Origin: Nitrososphaeraceae archaeon
GTDB taxonomy: Archaea; Thermoproteota; Nitrososphaeria; Nitrososphaerales; Nitrososphaeraceae
Direction: 5' to 3'
Length of the DNA stretch: 64,000 nucleotides
Assembly (NCBI GenBank): GCA_035250975.1
Contig: DATFEP010000061.1
Span: 112,494-176,493, forward strand
In this document: in pieces, positions 21,533 to 31,240 of the stretch
Position numbering within the stretch: the first letter of the stretch is position 1
Layout: each line of letters opens with the position of its first letter
Translations under genes and position numbers: made by a program
The notes under the pieces: generated by a model
What the model was told of the DNA's origin: nothing
The model's input: the letters and a program-made list of their open reading frames with translations, nothing else
Databases searched by the model: none

Positions 21533-21859
21533 ATGATAATTCGTTATTTTGTGGAGCCTGAAATTAACTATGTTTATAATGAAAACGGTAATCTGGATTC
21601 TGAAATTCAATCAGGTTATGGTAGTGAAGTAATAGGAGATCCAGAATATTGTTGTGAAGCTTTAGAAAAAAATTTCTGGTTAGAATTGATGGATCCAGAA
21701 TATTATGAAAATGACAATCCGAGGAAAATAAAGGAGCCAAAGATAGTTCTTGGGTTTGCAAATTACTCTGGCGGTTATACAATTGTAGGTGGTGAAGATG
21801 GAATTAAATTTTGTCCGTTTTGTGGCGAAAAAATTGTTTTAGAATTAGTAGAACGATAA
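21533..21859 (+). CDS. Hypothetical acidic Zn-ribbon protein
   Basis: YCCEAL ... IKFCPFCGEKI. Confidence 0.7.
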   Translation: MIIRYFVEPEINYVYNENGNLDSEIQSGYGSEVIGDPEYCCEALEKNFWLELMDPEYYENDNPRKIKEPKIVLGFANYSGGYTIVGGEDGIKFCPFCGEKIVLELVER

Positions 21860-22085
21860 GAATTATTAAAAATCACTATTACAAGAATCTGAAAATTCTC
21901 ATCTGATAATATTAAAAATATTCTTAAACAACACATATAATAATAATTGCTGTTTGAATAGATTTTTGCATAAAATCTGAACTATTTGATTTTCTTATTG
22001 AGGTTTTAATGACTTACAAATGAATATGAATTTTCTAAAAGATATTATTTATATCGACTTCTCATAAATATGTAATACGGCAAAT

Positions 22086-22586
22086 GTGAACGAATGCTCT
22101 TTCATAGCTGATGCGATGTTAGGTAAAATTGCAAGAAAATTAAGGATGTTTGGTTATGATACCGTCTATGAATCGAATGCAAAAGATGATTATTTTATAT
22201 TTCCAGAAGTTCATACTAATAGAATAATTTTAACAAGTGACAAAGAATTGTTTAATAGATGTAGGAAAAAAAGTTTTGGCATAATTTTGCTTAATAAGAA
22301 AACTGAATTTGAAAATTTAGTAACAATTTTTTTATCCTTAAAAGTAAAATATATAAATCCAAACCTTTCTTTTTCCCGCTGTACAATTTGTAATGGTTTA
22401 TTAGGTGTTGTTGATAATGATAATATTTTTTTTGATGCAAATCATAAATTACCTAAATTAAATAATATTAAAGAATTTTACCAGTGTAAAATCTGTAAAA
22501 AAATTTACTGGAAAGGAAGTCATGTGAATAATATGCTAGATTTAATTAAAAAAATAAATATAGAACTTTCAAGTCAAAAAAAGTAA
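22086..22586 (+). CDS. Mut7-C RNase domain (PIN + Zn ribbon) protein
   Basis: FIADAMLGKIARKLRMFGYDT, RCTICNG, CKICKKIYWKGSH. Confidence 0.92.
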   Translation: MNECSFIADAMLGKIARKLRMFGYDTVYESNAKDDYFIFPEVHTNRIILTSDKELFNRCRKKSFGIILLNKKTEFENLVTIFLSLKVKYINPNLSFSRCTICNGLLGVVDNDNIFFDANHKLPKLNNIKEFYQCKICKKIYWKGSHVNNMLDLIKKINIELSSQKK

Positions 22587-22892
22587 TGGAACAGCTCTTT
22601 TCATGTGAACTATTTGTTCGTATTCGCTAATTAGTCTTTGATATTTATGGTTATTACTTTTTTTAGGTATTTATTATTTAATCCACAATCGTTCCAGCTG
22701 CTAAAAACATAGTATAAGGAAACCATGCTAACAATTTTTATCTCATCTTCATAAGAGATGAATATGCATATCTAGGTATAAACATGTAAATTATGGGAAA
22801 AATTATGTGCCAAATCAAAAGTAGATTATCTACTACATCAAATATATTTCTATATAATAACGATTATCACAGGGATCGTTTACGATCATTTC

Positions 22893-23573
22893 TTATTTGT
22901 ATAATTTGATTCGTAACAGTTCATAAGCCTTTGCCGCATCCCCTTCACTGATTATTAAAACTATCTCATTAGGAGTAAAAAATGCATTATGTAATAAAAT
23001 TTGATTAGTATAAAGAATATTTGAAATCATGGATAATAGTTGGTATGTTTTTTTAAATTCTGTTTCAGACCAAGGCAACGTAATATTTATCATGGATATT
23101 CCTTCTTTAATTGTGTCTGGTTGGTTCTTTAATTCATCTCTAAAAATTTTCTTTATCTCATTAATATTTTCAACAAATAATTTAATATGATTTTTTGTTT
23201 GAAAAATATTAAATCGAATATCCGAGTCTTTGTCAAAAAGATCTAAAATTCTTTCCATATTTTCAATTTCCATTCCAAAATCCACATCAAGAATACTTCC
23301 AGTTAAAGATATTCTTGCACCTTTGAGTGATTCTAAATTGTCATTAGACACATAAGATTTCTCTCCTTGAATCAGATCAGCCAATCTTTTTATTCCCACT
23401 ACAATTGTATTGATGTTTACCTGTGACTTAGTGAGCTTCTCCACTTCAGGTTTTATCTTTATAGCTAATGCCGTATAATTAGCAATACCTGTCTTTAGTG
23501 CGTTTATATAAAGACTGTTAGAATATAGTATCTCTCTAATAGCATGAGAAACGCTAGGTATTCTTGAGTACAT
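22893..23573 (-). CDS. Conserved archaeal HTH + ACT-like regulatory protein
   Basis: ALKTGIANYTALAIKI..VVGIKRL N-terminus and ACT-like C-terminus (FTPNEIVLII). Confidence 0.75.
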   Translation of the reverse strand: MYSRIPSVSHAIREILYSNSLYINALKTGIANYTALAIKIKPEVEKLTKSQVNINTIVVGIKRLADLIQGEKSYVSNDNLESLKGARISLTGSILDVDFGMEIENMERILDLFDKDSDIRFNIFQTKNHIKLFVENINEIKKIFRDELKNQPDTIKEGISMINITLPWSETEFKKTYQLLSMISNILYTNQILLHNAFFTPNEIVLIISEGDAAKAYELLRIKLYK

Positions 23574-23647
23574 TTTTATTACATGATGAAATAGATATTA
23601 CATCAATTTATTCTTAATTTATTTTTGTTTCGTAGCCAACTTCTATT

Positions 23648-24118
23648 TTATTGAATATTCTTTTCTTCTTCCTTGATTGTCCTGCAGCATCTTCCATAAG
23701 GAATGGGGTGTGCATGTGGACAAAATCTTGGATGATTTAATAGTATACATAATGCATCTGTAAATTTAGTTTTCATATGATGTTCTATTCCACAGACCAT
23801 TTCTTCATCTATCTCTATTTTTAGCGCATCATTCATCATAACTTCTAATAACCGTGTATTACGGATCATCTGTTTTCCTATTTTTTCGCCTTTTTGTGTT
23901 AACTGGACTAAATTTCCTTTTTCGTATGAAACAAGATTTGAATCATTAAGCTTATGCAACATTTGAACTACCGAGGGTTGTTTTACATTCAATAATTTTG
24001 CTATTGAACTGACCTTTATCTCTTTACCCATTTCACGAATAAACCAAATCGCTTTTAAATACATCTCTGTATGTTCAGATTCTGCTGTCCCTAGATACAA
24101 GGCCTCCTCGCTAACCAT
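23648..24118 (-). CDS. DtxR/MntR-family metal-dependent transcriptional regulator
   Basis: EMYLKAIW, IAKLLNVKQPSVVQMLHKL, LTQKG, CGIEH, CPHAHPIP. Start moved to ATG 24118 to avoid overlap with the divergent gene. Confidence 0.9.
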   Translation of the reverse strand: MVSEEALYLGTAESEHTEMYLKAIWFIREMGKEIKVSSIAKLLNVKQPSVVQMLHKLNDSNLVSYEKGNLVQLTQKGEKIGKQMIRNTRLLEVMMNDALKIEIDEEMVCGIEHHMKTKFTDALCILLNHPRFCPHAHPIPYGRCCRTIKEEEKNIQ

Positions 24119-24184
24119 CTCCGGAGATATCTTCAAGCTTACGTTACTCCTACTGTTAATTCCAACTATTAACTTTTCCCAACT

Positions 24185-24204
24185 TTTAGAAACTAAATTT
24201 AAAT
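24185..24204 (+). promoter_or_regulatory. TATA-like box with adjacent short inverted repeat in the divergent dtxR/hbd spacer
   Basis: tttag-aaa-ctaaa (24185-24197) directly before tttaaat (24198-24204), about 25 nt upstream of the ATG at 24227/24230. Confidence 0.4.
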
Positions 24205-24226
24205 CCCACAGTGTCTGAATATCTAG

Positions 24227-25375
24227 ATGATGTCTACTATTAATCAGATTACTGTTGTTGGATCTGGTGTTATGGGTCATGGGATTGCACAAATATCAGC
24301 AATGGCCGGTTATGAAGTTGTTATCCGAGATATCCAACAATCTTTCCTTGATAAAGCAATGGAGAAAATAAACTGGTCGGTAAATAAATTAGTAGAGAAG
24401 AAAAAAATCAATCAAACTGAAGCAGAAAAGATAATCAGCAGAATTCATCCGATCGTGGATATACAACAGTCATTAAAAAACTCAGAGTTAATAATAGAGG
24501 CTGTTCCAGAAGATTTACGATTAAAACATAAAGTATATGAAGAATTAGATAAATATGCCGATAAGAATGTAATTTTTGGATCAAATACCAGTACCTTACC
24601 AATTTCTGAAATTTCGTCATTTACTTCAAGACCAAACAGGTTTATAGGCCTACATTTTTTTAATCCTCCTCAATTGATGAAATTAGTCGAGGTAATCCCT
24701 GGAGATAAAACTGATAAACAAATTACAGATTTGGTAATTAATTTTGTCAGCAAAATAGGAAAGATTCCTATTTTATGCAAAAAAGATGTCCCTGGCTTTA
24801 TAGTTAACAGAATTTTTATCCCACTTGTTCATGAAGCTATGTATTCTTTAGATAGATCAAAATCATCGATTGTTGAAGTAGACTCAGCATCAAAATATAA
24901 AATGGCCTTGCCTATGGGTATTTTTGAATTGGCAGATTATACTGGTCTTGACGTTATACATAAAGCAACAAATGAAATGTATTCTCGTGATAAAAAGGTA
25001 GTATTTCCACATCCAAAAATCCAGGAATTATTTGAAAATAAAGAATTGGGTCAAAAGACAGGAAAAGGATTCTATCAGTATCAAGGGGATAATTATGAAA
25101 GAATACAGCTTACAGAAGAATTGGCAGAAAAGTTTGATCCTATCTCTTTAGTATCAGTGGCAGTCAATAATGCATCATGGTTACTTTCTAATGAAGTATG
25201 CGATAAGAATGAGCTTGAGCAGGCCTTAATGCTAGGAATGGGATTAAAAAGAGAATTATTTGAAACGGCGGAAATTTTTGGAATAAATAATATAATCGAT
25301 ACATTACAATATCTCAGTTCGAAATTCGGAACGTTCTATGAACCAGACAAATATTTACTATCTATGAAAAAATAG
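24227..25375 (+). CDS. 3-hydroxyacyl(3-hydroxybutyryl)-CoA dehydrogenase, probably 3HP/4HB cycle
   Basis: VVGSGVMGHGIAQ, EAVPE, SNTSTL, GLHFFNPP, PGFIVNR, PMGIFELAD. Confidence 0.92.
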   Translation: MMSTINQITVVGSGVMGHGIAQISAMAGYEVVIRDIQQSFLDKAMEKINWSVNKLVEKKKINQTEAEKIISRIHPIVDIQQSLKNSELIIEAVPEDLRLKHKVYEELDKYADKNVIFGSNTSTLPISEISSFTSRPNRFIGLHFFNPPQLMKLVEVIPGDKTDKQITDLVINFVSKIGKIPILCKKDVPGFIVNRIFIPLVHEAMYSLDRSKSSIVEVDSASKYKMALPMGIFELADYTGLDVIHKATNEMYSRDKKVVFPHPKIQELFENKELGQKTGKGFYQYQGDNYERIQLTEELAEKFDPISLVSVAVNNASWLLSNEVCDKNELEQALMLGMGLKRELFETAEIFGINNIIDTLQYLSSKFGTFYEPDKYLLSMKK

Positions 25376-25402
25376 AATCAAAAAATAAAAACAACAGTTT
25401 AT

Positions 25403-25909
25403 TTACTTTTTAATATATTTAGTAATTTGTTGAACTGCTGTTTTTGGGCTAGTAGTTTTTTGAATCATTATTCTTTTTCGTTCATCTAAAAATTTTCCGC
25501 CGTAACTATCAGCAATTCCACCGCTTCCAGTAATTGCTACCATTCTCTTTTTTAGCATATAACCCACAGTTACCTCAGTCAACGTACCAACTCCACCTCC
25601 AACAACTATAATACCATCTGCTGAACTCGCTACAATAAAGTCCCTACTGTAACCTATTCCAGTAGGTATTACTATGTCACAATATTTATTTGCAAATGAG
25701 AAATCACCTTGAGGGATAATTCCGATAGTTATACCTCCATTATCATTCGCACCATTACATGCGGCTTCCATGACTCCACCAAGACCTCCACAGACCAAAA
25801 CCGAGCCCGATAAAGCAATCTCTTTTCCTACGTTATATGCTATTTTTCTTGCAACAGCGGTACAAATATTCTCATTATAACCAATTACCGAAATCTGTGT
25901 TTTACGCAT
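25403..25909 (-). CDS. LOG-family (TIGR00725-like) Rossmann-fold protein
   Basis: CGGLGGVMEAA, GGGVGTLTE. Confidence 0.88.
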   Translation of the reverse strand: MRKTQISVIGYNENICTAVARKIAYNVGKEIALSGSVLVCGGLGGVMEAACNGANDNGGITIGIIPQGDFSFANKYCDIVIPTGIGYSRDFIVASSADGIIVVGGGVGTLTEVTVGYMLKKRMVAITGSGGIADSYGGKFLDERKRIMIQKTTSPKTAVQQITKYIKK

Positions 25910-26040
25910 TTAATACAAAGAATCATCTTATTTTAAATTTTTTTGGTTATTTTAAATGATAGAATATCAAACATATTGAAAAATTTACATTAAATATATT
26001 TGAAAATAGAATATATATCACCACAATCTCCTCTGTGCTT

Positions 26041-27297
26041 ATGGAATATAGAGTAAAAGATATTATACTGTCTAACACTGGTAAAAAAAGAATTGATTGG
26101 GCAGAGTCACATATGCCTGTCCTGTATGCTTTAAGAAAAAAATTCGAAGCCACAAAGCCTCTAGAAGATATCAAAGTATCTGGTTGTCTTCATGTCACAA
26201 AAGAAACCGGTGTCTTGGTTAGAACTTTAAAAGCTGCTGGTGCTCAAATCTCTTGGTGTGGTTGCAATCCTTTAAGTACCCAAGATGATGTTGCCGCTTC
26301 TCTCGCACAGGATGAGGAAATAGCCATTTTTGCGAGCAGAGGAGTATCCACAGAGCAATATTATGAAGATATTTATTCTACTCTAAAACAAGGTCCTAAT
26401 CTCACTATTGATGACGGTGCTGACCTTACAGTTGAGATTCACAACAAATTTGCTTCTAATGGATTCGATCTACTTGGTGGAACCGAAGAAACAACTACTG
26501 GAGTGATTAGATTGAGAGCTATGGAAAAATCTGGTAAATTGTTATATCCAATTATTGCGGTAAATGATGCCGAGACAAAACACGATTTTGATAACGTGTA
26601 TGGTACAGGCCAATCTGCACTCGATGGGATTATTCGTGCAACAAATGTACTGATTGCTGGAAAAAACATAGTTGTAGCTGGATATGGTCATGTAGGTAAG
26701 GGAATTGCTAGAAGAGCTTCAGGATTAGGTGCAAACGTGATAGTTACTGAAGTGGATCCAATTGCTGCACTTAAAGCGAAACTTGATGGATATTCAGTAT
26801 CATATATGAATGATGCAGTATCCAAAGGTGATATTTTTATTACTGCTACTGGTTGTAAAGATGTCATTTCATATAACCATATTCTGAACATGAAGGATGG
26901 TGCCATCCTTGCAAATGCAGGGCATTTCAATGTTGAAATTTCCGTTTCTGAATTGGAAAGGAATTCAATTATGAAAGAATCCATTAATGAAAGTACTATG
27001 GCATATAGATTATCTAAAGATAAAAAGATCTATTTGATCGGAGAGGGCCGTCTGGTTAATCTAGCGGCAGCGGAAGGACATCCTTCTGAAGTTATGGATA
27101 TGAGTTTTGCAAATCAATTTTTGGCCGTTCTAAAACTTTCCAAAGTTGGTAAAGATTTGAGCCCAAGTGTTTACAATGTAGATAGAAGTCAAGATCAAGA
27201 GATTGCAATGTCAAAACTTGGTTCAATGAATGTAAAAATTGACGTTCTTTCCCCTGGACAACAAGAATATCTTTCTGGTTTTAGCGAAGGAACTTGA
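26041..27297 (+). CDS. ahcY: Adenosylhomocysteinase
   Basis: GCLHVTKET, CNPLSTQD, EETTTG, FDNVYGTG, GHFNVEI, GHPSEVMDMSFANQ. Confidence 0.97.
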   Translation: MEYRVKDIILSNTGKKRIDWAESHMPVLYALRKKFEATKPLEDIKVSGCLHVTKETGVLVRTLKAAGAQISWCGCNPLSTQDDVAASLAQDEEIAIFASRGVSTEQYYEDIYSTLKQGPNLTIDDGADLTVEIHNKFASNGFDLLGGTEETTTGVIRLRAMEKSGKLLYPIIAVNDAETKHDFDNVYGTGQSALDGIIRATNVLIAGKNIVVAGYGHVGKGIARRASGLGANVIVTEVDPIAALKAKLDGYSVSYMNDAVSKGDIFITATGCKDVISYNHILNMKDGAILANAGHFNVEISVSELERNSIMKESINESTMAYRLSKDKKIYLIGEGRLVNLAAAEGHPSEVMDMSFANQFLAVLKLSKVGKDLSPSVYNVDRSQDQEIAMSKLGSMNVKIDVLSPGQQEYLSGFSEGT

Positions 27298-27358
27298 TCT
27301 TCTTTTAAGATCATGAAAGAAATAAAGGAACCTAAATCCTCTTATTGTATATCCTTCT

Positions 27359-27433
27359 GGATGGGTAGTCTAGCCTGGTTAAGATACCTGTCTCACACAC
27401 AGGTGATCGAGAGTTCAAATCTCTCCTCATCCA
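27359..27433 (+). tRNA. tRNA-Val(CAC)
   Basis: Acceptor stem GGATGGG/CTCATCC; anticodon arm CCTGT-CTCACAC-ACAGG; T arm GAGAG-TTCAAAT-CTCTC; no encoded CCA. Confidence 0.93.
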
Positions 27434-27669
27434 TCAATTAAATAATAAATCCGATCATTTTTACAGGGCTTTGCCTTTCTGTTAAAATTTTTCGATATAT
27501 AATAACGGAATTAAAAATTCGTTGATATTCCAAGGCAGAGTCCAATGAACATAACAAGTATTGAAGCTTATTTCTGTTATCAAGAGTATTTAGAAAATAT
27601 TTTATCTAGACTTATACGAATACAGCATTAGCAATAAACATTCAGATATACATTATATTCTGTTCCTAT

Positions 27670-28135
27670 GTTGGTTAATGGTACCGGTATCACAGTAACA
27701 ATTTTTGTATCGCTTATCTAAATTCAAATAAATGTTTCCGTCAGAATATTGTAGGATCAGAATCAAATAAAAAAATATCAAAAAGAAGCAGTTATAGATA
27801 GCAGCTGCAGACAAAACATATGATTGTGAAGATAATCGTAGACTTATCAGAGACAAACTGAATGTATTGAGTACTACACTCCCAACGTATGAAGATAAAC
27901 CAATACTGAAAACTCATGGAAATAATGTGAGTTGAAGGTTGCATGTCACAATGTTTCGTACATACAGACAAATAATAAAGATGACATCATATTATCTTTC
28001 ATAAAAGGAGTTTTTGGAGAACATACTACATTCAGATTGACACTATTGCAGAACAGAGAACTAGTTTTTAGATGTATTGCGTCTAATGTTAATAGCATGA
28101 TATGTTCGTAATTATCTTGATGATTTCTACGCAAC
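27670..28135 (+). mobile_element. Decayed IS5-family-like transposase remnant
   Basis: Pieces LVNGTGI, AADKTYDCEDN..TYEDKPILKTHG and NKDDIILSFIKGVFGEHTTFRL..QNRELVFRCIASN match the ADKGYD...E....IKRxFG DDE pattern, broken by stops/frameshifts. Confidence 0.75.
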
Positions 28136-28356
28136 AGTATTAACCGATCATTTAAATAAAAACACGGGATCTGCTTTAAGGCTTTAAGACATGTTTTTTT
28201 ACTATTAATTATTATACAAATAAACTAGAGATTATTTCAAATATTTTTTATCGTTGTTTGCTTGTCAAAATTCAATGTATGATGAAATGAAATTATCTTT
28301 GTCTTGATAAATGTGTAATAAAAAAAACTGTCAAATATTTTAAAAAATAAGGAATT

Positions 28357-29403
28357 TTATTTTTTCCTAGCTTTGAATAATACCAGTACTGCCACGGCTC
28401 CCATCATTCCTCCAAGAATTAATAATACTTGAATTGGAAAATTACCTGATGATGTAACAGTTCCTTCTGGAGCATTAGGTGTTACAAATGCTACTTCTCC
28501 ACCACCAACTTTTTGAATTTTTGCAAATCCACCTATCTGTATCTGAGCACTAGGTGGTGGATTTGATGTTCTGAATGCTACGTCTGAACCATTGATTGTT
28601 GTTTCAGCCGATGCCTCGATTGCAGAATGTGTTCCTTCTCTAAAACTGCTTTCTCCTAGTGAAAATACCGAAACAACTTTAGTACCTCCTTCTCCTGCGT
28701 AACCTGATCCAAGACCCGTTGCCTGACTTCCAGTAGGATCAAAGAGAAAATGCCATCTGTCCATTGGTAAACCAATTTCCTCGTAATCTAACAACGGTAT
28801 TTGAAGAATTTTTTTTGCATCTTCTGAAGAGGATAATATTTGAGCCGCTTCTGGGTATGTTGCCAATATTAGTGCCATCGGATAGTTTATATCAAATTTC
28901 CCATATTCTGGAACGCTAACTGTAAGTGGACCCTGAACTACTACACTCCTCCAATCAAGATCAACTGCAGTAGTCCTATTATCAGTTGGAAGTACAAAAT
29001 TAGTAATTTCAGGCATGAATCTAATTTTAAATGATATTGCCACTCGGTTTTCTTCACCTCTTATTTGAGCAGTATATTCTAATTTAGATTTGTTTAGTTG
29101 TATAGGGCTATTCTTATCTACAAGAATAGCTTCATTAACCGATCTCTCTAACTCATTCATTCCTGCGTCTGATGAATTCAATGTAAATGATATGCGTTCA
29201 TTTGTACCATTAAATATTTTTGATAATTCGCTTCCTGGTTCATATTTTATAGTTAAAAATCTTATACTAGTAAATACAGGATCTGCCTTGTCACTCTCTG
29301 GCAAAAGAAATACTTCCATCTGTGCAGCAAATACCTGTGAAAAAACAATAGGTACTAATATCAATCCCATGACCCAATATGATAATAAGGCCTTTCGATT
29401 CAC
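28357..29403 (-). CDS. Exported protein with C-terminal membrane anchor, unknown function
   Basis: Signal peptide (..SQVFA|AQ) and C-terminal TM FPIQVLLILGGMMGAVAVLVLF followed by KARKK. Confidence 0.8.
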   Translation of the reverse strand: MNRKALLSYWVMGLILVPIVFSQVFAAQMEVFLLPESDKADPVFTSIRFLTIKYEPGSELSKIFNGTNERISFTLNSSDAGMNELERSVNEAILVDKNSPIQLNKSKLEYTAQIRGEENRVAISFKIRFMPEITNFVLPTDNRTTAVDLDWRSVVVQGPLTVSVPEYGKFDINYPMALILATYPEAAQILSSSEDAKKILQIPLLDYEEIGLPMDRWHFLFDPTGSQATGLGSGYAGEGGTKVVSVFSLGESSFREGTHSAIEASAETTINGSDVAFRTSNPPPSAQIQIGGFAKIQKVGGGEVAFVTPNAPEGTVTSSGNFPIQVLLILGGMMGAVAVLVLFKARKK

Positions 29404-29586
29404 ACTAAATCTCTAAATTTGACGAATATAATTCTTATTATTAAAAAATTGGCTTATTTTTAAAAATATCATCTTAAATATGTGAAAAAATTTCAATTTT
29501 TTTACAATTTGAAACAAGTTGCCTCTCAATAATGTCAGTCAATTGATCGAAAATTTTACATTCGTCAGTTTAATTTTATTTGATGA

Positions 29587-30498
29587 TTGATCACAGTTTT
29601 AGCCGGAGGAACCGGCTCCATTAAGATAATTCGAGGGCTAAGCGTTATTACCTCCAAAATATCGATAATTGCTAATGTCGGGGATAACTTTTGGTTTCAG
29701 GGTTTGTATATATGTCCAGATGTTGACACGTCACTCTATGGACTAAAAGGAATACTTGACAAGAAGCGTGGTTGGGGGATAAGAAATGACACTTTTACTT
29801 TTATTGACACTCTGAAAAGGTTAGGAGAGGAAAACTGGTTTAAAATAGGAGATAAAGATCTTGTAACCCATATTATCAGAACAAGATTGTTACGAGAAGG
29901 CTTATCATTATATCAAGTAATTAAAAAGATTGCAAAATTGTATGATATAAAACACAATGTTATACCAGCTACCGATACACCAATTGAAACAAGAATAATA
30001 ACCGATAAAGGAGATATAAACATTCAAGAGTTTTGGGTAAAATATAAAGGAAAACCAAGAGTTTACGATGTTTATTATAAAAACGTTGAAAACGCCAAGA
30101 TAAATGAGAATATTACAAAATTATTACGTCATTCCAAATCGATAATCATAGCACCAGCTAACCCGATTTCGAGTATTGGACCCATATTAGCTATTAAACC
30201 AATTCAAGATGAATTAATATCTCAAAGAAAAAAAGTTCTAGCTATCTCTCCTATCATTGGAAATAAACCATTCAGTGGACCAGCTGCAAAATATCTTGAA
30301 TCTAAAAGAATTGAAATCTCATCTCTTGGAATAGCAAAATTTTATTGCAGATTTGTAAGTAAATTAGTTATTCACAAAACAGACCATCTTCTTTCAGAAC
30401 TTATTTTAGATATAGGAGTTCAGCCATATATCACAAATATCATTATGCGAGGTCCGAGAGAGGAAGTCAATTTGGCAAAATACATTTTAGCAATATAG
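29587..30498 (+). CDS. cofD: 2-phospho-L-lactate transferase (F420 biosynthesis)
   Basis: LAGGTGS, NVGDN, ICPDVDT, IGDKD, PANPISSIGPI, SGPA. Confidence 0.94.
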   Translation: MITVLAGGTGSIKIIRGLSVITSKISIIANVGDNFWFQGLYICPDVDTSLYGLKGILDKKRGWGIRNDTFTFIDTLKRLGEENWFKIGDKDLVTHIIRTRLLREGLSLYQVIKKIAKLYDIKHNVIPATDTPIETRIITDKGDINIQEFWVKYKGKPRVYDVYYKNVENAKINENITKLLRHSKSIIIAPANPISSIGPILAIKPIQDELISQRKKVLAISPIIGNKPFSGPAAKYLESKRIEISSLGIAKFYCRFVSKLVIHKTDHLLSELILDIGVQPYITNIIMRGPREEVNLAKYILAI

Positions 30499-30505
30499 GT
30501 GGAAT

Positions 30506-31147
30506 TTGATATTGAAAATAGTTGCGATTGTGCCAATAAAGAATACTGGATCTTCCAAATCTAGACTATCTTCCATATTGGATCAAAATCAAAGAAGAAA
30601 TCTTGTAAATTTTCTGCTTGACGTAACAATGAAAGAACTAGATAAATCCTCTTTGATAACCAATATCCTTTTAGTATCAAGCGATAAATATTTCAAGGAA
30701 ATTTATAACAATAAAAAAATCGAATTTCTCACAGATTTTAATGAAGGAGTAAATAAAGCCATCTCATTGGCTGATTCTTATCTAGAAAATCAGAAAATCG
30801 ACGCAAGTATAGTAATTCCCATAGATTTACCTCTCATCACTTCTTGTGATGTCGATTATTTTTGCAGAATGTCCATGGAGTTTTCAAAATGTGTAATTAT
30901 CTGCCCGTCTAAAAGATTGGATGGAACCAATATCATGTTACGGAAACCACATAATGTCATTAAAACCTATTATGATGACAACAGTTATCAGAATCACTTT
31001 CTAGAAGCAAAACTTTACAATGTCCCCATCAAACCGATATATCGCGATAATCTTACTTTTGACATTGATACAAGGGAGGACTTGATTTCACTAACAAAAA
31101 TTGGTAACTGGGAAAATATTTTAAAAAAATTGGGATTATTTTCATAA
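30506..31147 (+). CDS. cofC: 2-phospho-L-lactate guanylyltransferase
   Basis: VPIK..SKSRLS, DLPL, DGTN, FDIDT; directly follows cofD. Confidence 0.92.
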   Translation: MILKIVAIVPIKNTGSSKSRLSSILDQNQRRNLVNFLLDVTMKELDKSSLITNILLVSSDKYFKEIYNNKKIEFLTDFNEGVNKAISLADSYLENQKIDASIVIPIDLPLITSCDVDYFCRMSMEFSKCVIICPSKRLDGTNIMLRKPHNVIKTYYDDNSYQNHFLEAKLYNVPIKPIYRDNLTFDIDTREDLISLTKIGNWENILKKLGLFS

Positions 31148-31240
31148 ATTTTTTTATTTGATATTTATAATTATTGACAAGATCTTTTTTTATAATTTTA
31201 CTAGTTAACTATATTAAGTCTACAGAGCAATTTGAAAATA

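Noticed and set aside
24119-24292. Apparent overlap of DtxR with the 3-hydroxyacyl-CoA dehydrogenase
   Set aside because: Artefact of choosing the longest start; DtxR homology starts near ATG 24118.
27653-28134. Minus-strand ORFs 27653-27856 and 27946-28134
   Set aside because: Antisense to the plus-strand transposase remnant.
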